Assembly: GCA_037308085.1 (NCBI GenBank)
Contig: CP147779.1
Location: 1,824,001-1,888,000 of the forward strand
DNA: 64,000 nucleotides
Direction of reading: 5' to 3'
Source: Promethearchaeati archaeon SRVP18_Atabeyarchaeia-1
GTDB taxonomy: Archaea; Asgardarchaeota; Atabeyarchaeia; Atabeyarchaeales; Atabeyarchaeaceae
Part shown: in pieces, positions 59,558 through 64,000 of the stretch
Position numbering within the stretch: position 1 is the stretch's first letter
How the letters are laid out: each line of letters begins with the position of its first letter
Translations under genes and position numbers: made by a program
The notes under the pieces: generated by a model
What the model was told of the DNA's origin: nothing
The model's input: the letters and a program-made list of their open reading frames with translations, nothing else
Databases searched by the model: none

Positions 59558-60873
59558 AGAGATCAAACGGAAATATCGAGATCGAGTACCTACCCAGAAT
59601 AGAGGGACATGGAGCTATCACCGTTGAATTGGACGAGAGCGGCGGCGTTGGAAATGTCAAAGTAGATATACCGGAAGCCCCACGCCTTTTCGAGGCCTTG
59701 GTCAGAGGTAAGACCCCAGATGAGGACCTGAACATGGTTCCTAGGGTATGCGGCATATGTTCATTCAGCCACAAATACGCGGGAATCCGCGCCTTCGAGA
59801 AAGCCCTAGGTGTCACCCCTTCAGAAAAAGCCATCGCGCTTAGAACACTACTCCACCTGTCCGAAACACTGCAAAGCAATGTCCTCCACGTCTTCTTCCT
59901 CTCCCTCCCAGATCTACTCGGCTACCCTAACGCCATAGAGATGGCGAGCGACTACAAGGACGCCGTGCTGGGCGCCATGAAGATGAAGGGCTTCGCCAAC
60001 AAGATCATGGAGATAGGCTCAGGTCGATTCGTCCACGGCGAGAACCCCGTAATAGGAGGCTTTGGAAGATACCCCACGGACCAAGAGCTGGCTCCTCTGA
60101 AGAGTATCTCCCAGGAGCTAATCCCACAAGCCGAGAAAGCAGCAGAAATGATCGGCGAAATGGAAATACCGGTATTCCCGGAGCGGGATACGACATTCAT
60201 GTGCCTCAACCCGCCGACGGGCGAATATGGTCTCGTCGGCGACAACGTCCTTATCTCCGACGGGAAAGAAATCCCAGTAGAGAACTACAAGCAGCTGACC
60301 AACGAGCGAGTCGTGTCACACTCATTCGCAAAGCGCTCCCGGTACAATGGAAAACCATTCACCGTCGGCGCAATCGCCAGAATCAATCTGCTGGGTGACC
60401 GCCTACAAGGAGTCGCCAAGAAGTACTACGAAAAGTACTACAGCGGACGGTGGAAGAAGAACCCGATGTTCAACATCCATGCCCAAGCGCTCGAAATCCT
60501 ATGGACCCTACAGGCAGTCTACCCCATCGTGGATGCGATTGCGGAGGCAGAAGAACCAGAAGAGCCTATTGCCAAGAGGACTAAAGCGACCGGCAAGGGA
60601 TCAGGCGCCGTCGAAGCTCCAAGAGGCATACTATACCACCACTACGAAGTGGAGAACGGACTCATCAAGAACTCAGACATCATCACTCCAACAGCGCAGA
60701 ACCTGGACGACATAGAGGAATTCATCAAGGTCACAGCAGCGAACCTAATTAGCAGTGGAGACAACGACGACATACAAGCCAAACTTGAGATGGTGGCGAG
60801 AGCCTTCGACCCATGCGTCAGCTGCTCGGTGCACCTCGTAAGAAAGCGGAGTGAAAAGCATCATCAACGATGA
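59554..60873 (+). CDS. hydA: Group 3b [NiFe] hydrogenase alpha (large) subunit
   Basis: RIEGHG, L1 RVCGIC, EAPRG, and L2 DPCVSCSVH followed by a cleavable-type tail. Confidence 0.95.
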   Translation: MKRSNGNIEIEYLPRIEGHGAITVELDESGGVGNVKVDIPEAPRLFEALVRGKTPDEDLNMVPRVCGICSFSHKYAGIRAFEKALGVTPSEKAIALRTLLHLSETLQSNVLHVFFLSLPDLLGYPNAIEMASDYKDAVLGAMKMKGFANKIMEIGSGRFVHGENPVIGGFGRYPTDQELAPLKSISQELIPQAEKAAEMIGEMEIPVFPERDTTFMCLNPPTGEYGLVGDNVLISDGKEIPVENYKQLTNERVVSHSFAKRSRYNGKPFTVGAIARINLLGDRLQGVAKKYYEKYYSGRWKKNPMFNIHAQALEILWTLQAVYPIVDAIAEAEEPEEPIAKRTKATGKGSGAVEAPRGILYHHYEVENGLIKNSDIITPTAQNLDDIEEFIKVTAANLISSGDNDDIQAKLEMVARAFDPCVSCSVHLVRKRSEKHHQR

Positions 60874-60890
60874 TGAAACCATTCGTGAGA

Positions 60891-60938
60891 GAAGAAAAGT
60901 TGACGAATGACCCTCTGGGTCAAGTCAACGTTTTCTTT
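60891..60938 (+). terminator. Long hairpin 3' of the hydrogenase operon
   Basis: GAAAAG-TTGAC-GAA-TGACCC-TCT-GGGTCA-A-GTCAA-CG-TTTTC, followed by a pyrimidine run. Confidence 0.5.
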
Positions 60939-61227
60939 CCCATTCTTCCACATTATGCTTGAATGCCATAATTGGATCTATATTGAATAGAACTGTTCCT
61001 TTCTGTGGTGCCGACAGGCGGGGTGGGACATAAGTTGCCATACATACCTCTTCCTTCTCCAGTACTAGGCACATTTCTGTTGTTTGGTGGAATATTCCTG
61101 CTAATCCTTATGCTCGCATTTCGCAGTAGTTCTTTGGAGCATCTTCTTATCAACCTGGCAGCGATTGTCTTAGGAGTCCTGCAATCAGACTGAATTCCAT
61201 GGAGCTAGAGGAAGAAGGTGGACCGAC

Positions 61228-61929
61228 TTGAGAAATGCTATGATGGTTCCCCATTCAGAAGTTCCTCAGCTTGGTGAGACACGCGATGACAAACTTGCCC
61301 CTACTCTTGGTATCATTGTCCTTCTCATTCCCATCTTGTTTGGAATAATAGTGACCGTCATCGGGCTTGTGGGCTGGAGTCAGGGAGGGGATATCGGTTT
61401 CCAATTTGGTCTTTTGGTTATGATAGGTGCTCTGATTACTGTGTGCTCTCTCGGCGTGTTCGTTGGACCCATTCTCAGAATAAGGCGCACCCAGGAAAGA
61501 TACAGGCTTAACACAAGGCTTTACGAGGAGCAGAAGCCCCACATCAATGACCGGTACTGCGTATACTGCAACTACGATATCGGTATCTCCGGATCGAGAT
61601 TCTGCCCAAACTGCGGGGCGAGCCTAATAACGATAAGGGCAGGTACTGACATCGCCGCCATTCGAAGCAAGGTAGCAGTAAATGTGAGCCCGGTATCGGT
61701 CTCCGAGACCCTGGGAACCTGTCCAATCTGCAAATATGATATTCTGAGAAGCGACCCAGTTGCATCATGCCCCTACTGCGGGACCCTTGCTCACAGAGTT
61801 CACCTTCTGGAGTACTTGCATGTTAAGGGAGACTGTCCTTCCTGCGGAAAACGTTTGAGCGAAAAGGAAATCAAAGAGCACCTAGCAAGAGCGGAGACAC
61901 GAATAGGATCTAAGAAGAGAGTGGGTTGA
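61228..61929 (+). CDS. 2TM + zinc ribbon + RING-like finger protein
   Basis: Two TM segments, YCVYC...FCPNCG, then CPIC-x12-CPYC-x4-H-x2-H-x3-Y-x6-CPSC. Confidence 0.85.
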   Translation: MRNAMMVPHSEVPQLGETRDDKLAPTLGIIVLLIPILFGIIVTVIGLVGWSQGGDIGFQFGLLVMIGALITVCSLGVFVGPILRIRRTQERYRLNTRLYEEQKPHINDRYCVYCNYDIGISGSRFCPNCGASLITIRAGTDIAAIRSKVAVNVSPVSVSETLGTCPICKYDILRSDPVASCPYCGTLAHRVHLLEYLHVKGDCPSCGKRLSEKEIKEHLARAETRIGSKKRVG

Positions 61930-62171
61930 CATGACCCCGAAAACATCTAGCCCTCAATGATCTGGCCTGCGGAGCACACCCAGCGTTGTGGGACATTGTG
62001 ATCGGGCTTGACGCTCTGGTGATCCTCTCCTCCCAGATTTATGAGTTACATCCGAACAGTTCTAGACCCCTTGTTTTCTCGCGGCATGAGACCACTCTGC
62101 TTATATATTGCAGTTGTCGGGATCATTATTGGGGATTACTTTCAGTGTGGGCAGTGAGCAGAGGCGAGGGC

Positions 62172-62546
62172 ATGCCATCAAGGCTAGATTTCCTGGAGCC
62201 TGATGAAAGGAAAAGGGAAAAGTGGGGATGGGGTCAAAAAGGGGGCGGAAGAAGTCTTGCGGCCTTGCTTGGGCTGTTTCTCATTGTCGGTGGTACTGTG
62301 TGGATGGTACTCTACTTCTTGACCATGGGGAACGATGCCGTGAAACCGTGGTTCATCATCGCATATCTCGGGTCGTACCCTTTCACGTCGTACCCTGCGT
62401 TGCTACCGTTTTATCCTGTAATGGGTATCAGCATGATAGTTTTTGGCTCGCTCTTGGTTGTGGGAGCTTACCGCCTCTCGGTCCGAGGAATAATCACCGT
62501 GGCGTCAATCACGACAGTAGGATTTGTGTTCTTGTACTTTGCCTAG
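62172..62546 (+). CDS. Hypothetical membrane protein
   Basis: ATG 62172 after GAGGG. About 3 hydrophobic segments. Confidence 0.6.
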   Translation: MPSRLDFLEPDERKREKWGWGQKGGGRSLAALLGLFLIVGGTVWMVLYFLTMGNDAVKPWFIIAYLGSYPFTSYPALLPFYPVMGISMIVFGSLLVVGAYRLSVRGIITVASITTVGFVFLYFA

Positions 62547-62733
62547 GAGATCTCCCACGGCAGCTATATCAGAATCCCAGCAGTCATCACTAGTTATCCT
62601 ACGGCTTCTCCCAATCTCTTCCTTGCCGTTTGGAATCCGCCCCTCGCGGAGCCTTGGCGGGCTTGGTGCTTTGACTGGAAAGCGGTGCCGCAGAAATCCA
62701 TCAAAAACAGGCAAAGCTAGGTTTGAGCGCACT

Positions 62734-63096
62734 TCAAGTCACGGAACTAGGTGACATCATGGACTTATATGATTCAATGAAGCTCATCGCGAAACCCGTT
62801 GCGTTCTTCTCGGTGCCTCTGTGGACTCTACTTGGCCTTGTCCTTAGGTGGTGGTAGAACTCGTGCAGGACGACCAGCGGGTCCTTGAGCACCTCGCTGT
62901 TCAGAATGGATATTGTTCTATCTCTCGCCGTGTAGCAGCCCAGCACATTCTTCCGATGGCCTTTAGGTAACCCGACCTTGATCTCTGGTACGCTGACACC
63001 ATAGCACTTTGCGAGCTGCTCCAAGGCATCTTCTGGCTTGCCATTCAGTATCAGCAGGACCACCGAGGCTTTGAACTTGGTTTCATCCAGAGACAT
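62734..63096 (-). CDS. Small zincin-like (HExxH) protein
   Basis: LGCY...I, LHEFYHH and downstream E..A..FA. Confidence 0.7.
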   Translation of the reverse strand: MSLDETKFKASVVLLILNGKPEDALEQLAKCYGVSVPEIKVGLPKGHRKNVLGCYTARDRTISILNSEVLKDPLVVLHEFYHHLRTRPSRVHRGTEKNATGFAMSFIESYKSMMSPSSVT

Positions 63097-63301
63097 GGTA
63101 TGCTCCTTCACCAAATCGATATTAGTATCCTCAAAGCGTTGAGTCACTCTGACTAATTTGGTCCTCAGCTCACCCACTCTTAGAAATATGTTTATTAATC
63201 CTTTATCCTAACGTTTTGACAGATAAACTTGAAGTCTGACTGGAGTGGCAGGCGAAGATTCAGACAAAAGAACAGGTGAAGATTGGTGGTGAGATAGGGG
63301 A

Positions 63302-64000
63302 ATGGCGAAGATACAGTTAGTGGATGGCATTTACTGGGTAGGTGTAGTGGACTGGAATCTGAGAGATTTCCACGGATACACCACGAGCCGCGGAGCAACT
63401 TATAACTCTTACTTGATAGATGATGAAAAGAAGGTATTGGTCGACACGGTGAAGTACCCCTTCTTTAACGAGCTCATCGAGAAGGTGGGTGAATTCACAG
63501 AGCCTGAGAAACTCGACTATATTATCATCAACCACGTCGAACAGGATCATTCCAGCTCTTATCCAATGATCATGAATCTTGCCAAGAACGCTACTGTTGT
63601 GGCGACGCAGAGAGGAAAAGAAGGTCTAATCAAGCATTACGGAGAAGTACCGAACGAGATCAAGGTTGTCAAGACTGGTGACGAGATAAAGATCGGGAAG
63701 CGAACCCTCCGATTCATCGAAGTTCCAATGATTCACTGGCCCGACAGCATGATGACCTACGTGGTCGAGGACGAGGTTTTGCTGTCAAATGACGCGTTTG
63801 GTCAACACTACGCAACTTCCGGGCGCTTCGACGATGAGGTCGACGAACACATCTTGATGGAAGAGCTGGCGAAATACTTCGCGAATATACTGATGCCCAT
63901 AACTACTCTCATCGCTCGCAAGATCGATGAGATAACTCAGATGGGTATACCTCTGAAAATGATTGCTCCCAGCCACGGCTTGATCTGGCGCACGAACCCG
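63302..64000 (+). CDS. fprA: Flavodiiron protein FprA, truncated by the window end (not in the ORF track)
   Basis: MAKIQLVDGIYWVGVVDWNLRDFHGY, TYNSYL, NHVEQDHS, HWPDSM, SNDAFGQH and IAPSHG. Confidence 0.95.
   Translation, partial: MAKIQLVDGIYWVGVVDWNLRDFHGYTTSRGATYNSYLIDDEKKVLVDTVKYPFFNELIEKVGEFTEPEKLDYIIINHVEQDHSSSYPMIMNLAKNATVVATQRGKEGLIKHYGEVPNEIKVVKTGDEIKIGKRTLRFIEVPMIHWPDSMMTYVVEDEVLLSNDAFGQHYATSGRFDDEVDEHILMEELAKYFANILMPITTLIARKIDEITQMGIPLKMIAPSHGLIWRTNP

Noticed and set aside
1-64000. tRNA, rRNA and CRISPR arrays
   Set aside because: None recognised by eye. tRNAscan-SE and Infernal would be needed to exclude intron-containing tRNAs.

Overview
Gene-dense archaeal window. Several eukaryote-signature-type genes (a Rab-like small GTPase, four RING-type zinc fingers, a GRAM/GLUE-like PH protein) point to an Asgard archaeon, which is an inference. 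Core content is anaerobic metabolism and redox defence: a VhuA-type [NiFe] hydrogenase large subunit lacking its C-terminal DPCxxC segment, a complete group 3b hydrogenase operon, 2-oxoacid:ferredoxin oxidoreductase, malic enzyme, a ScpB-like decarboxylase, an MtaA/MtaC-like pair, Grx + FTR, rubrerythrin and FprA. There are also many membrane-anchored surface proteins. Main highlights: (1) four membrane-tethered proteins with identically spaced RING-like domains, one fused to an extracellular peptide-binding domain, giving a candidate receptor-type E3 ligase; (2) three circularly permuted family-5 solute-binding paralogues with swapped C-terminal modules and no transporter genes; (3) three ~200-230 bp protein-less IS200/IS605-derived cassettes that keep an apparent TnpB omega-RNA scaffold and right end, each upstream of and co-oriented with a gene; (4) a tnpB with an in-frame TGA at a zinc-finger Cys, plus a second tnpB relic; (5) an apparent ACG start for vhuA. 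I recognised no tRNA, rRNA or CRISPR array. All protein calls come from motif recognition by eye; no searches were run.
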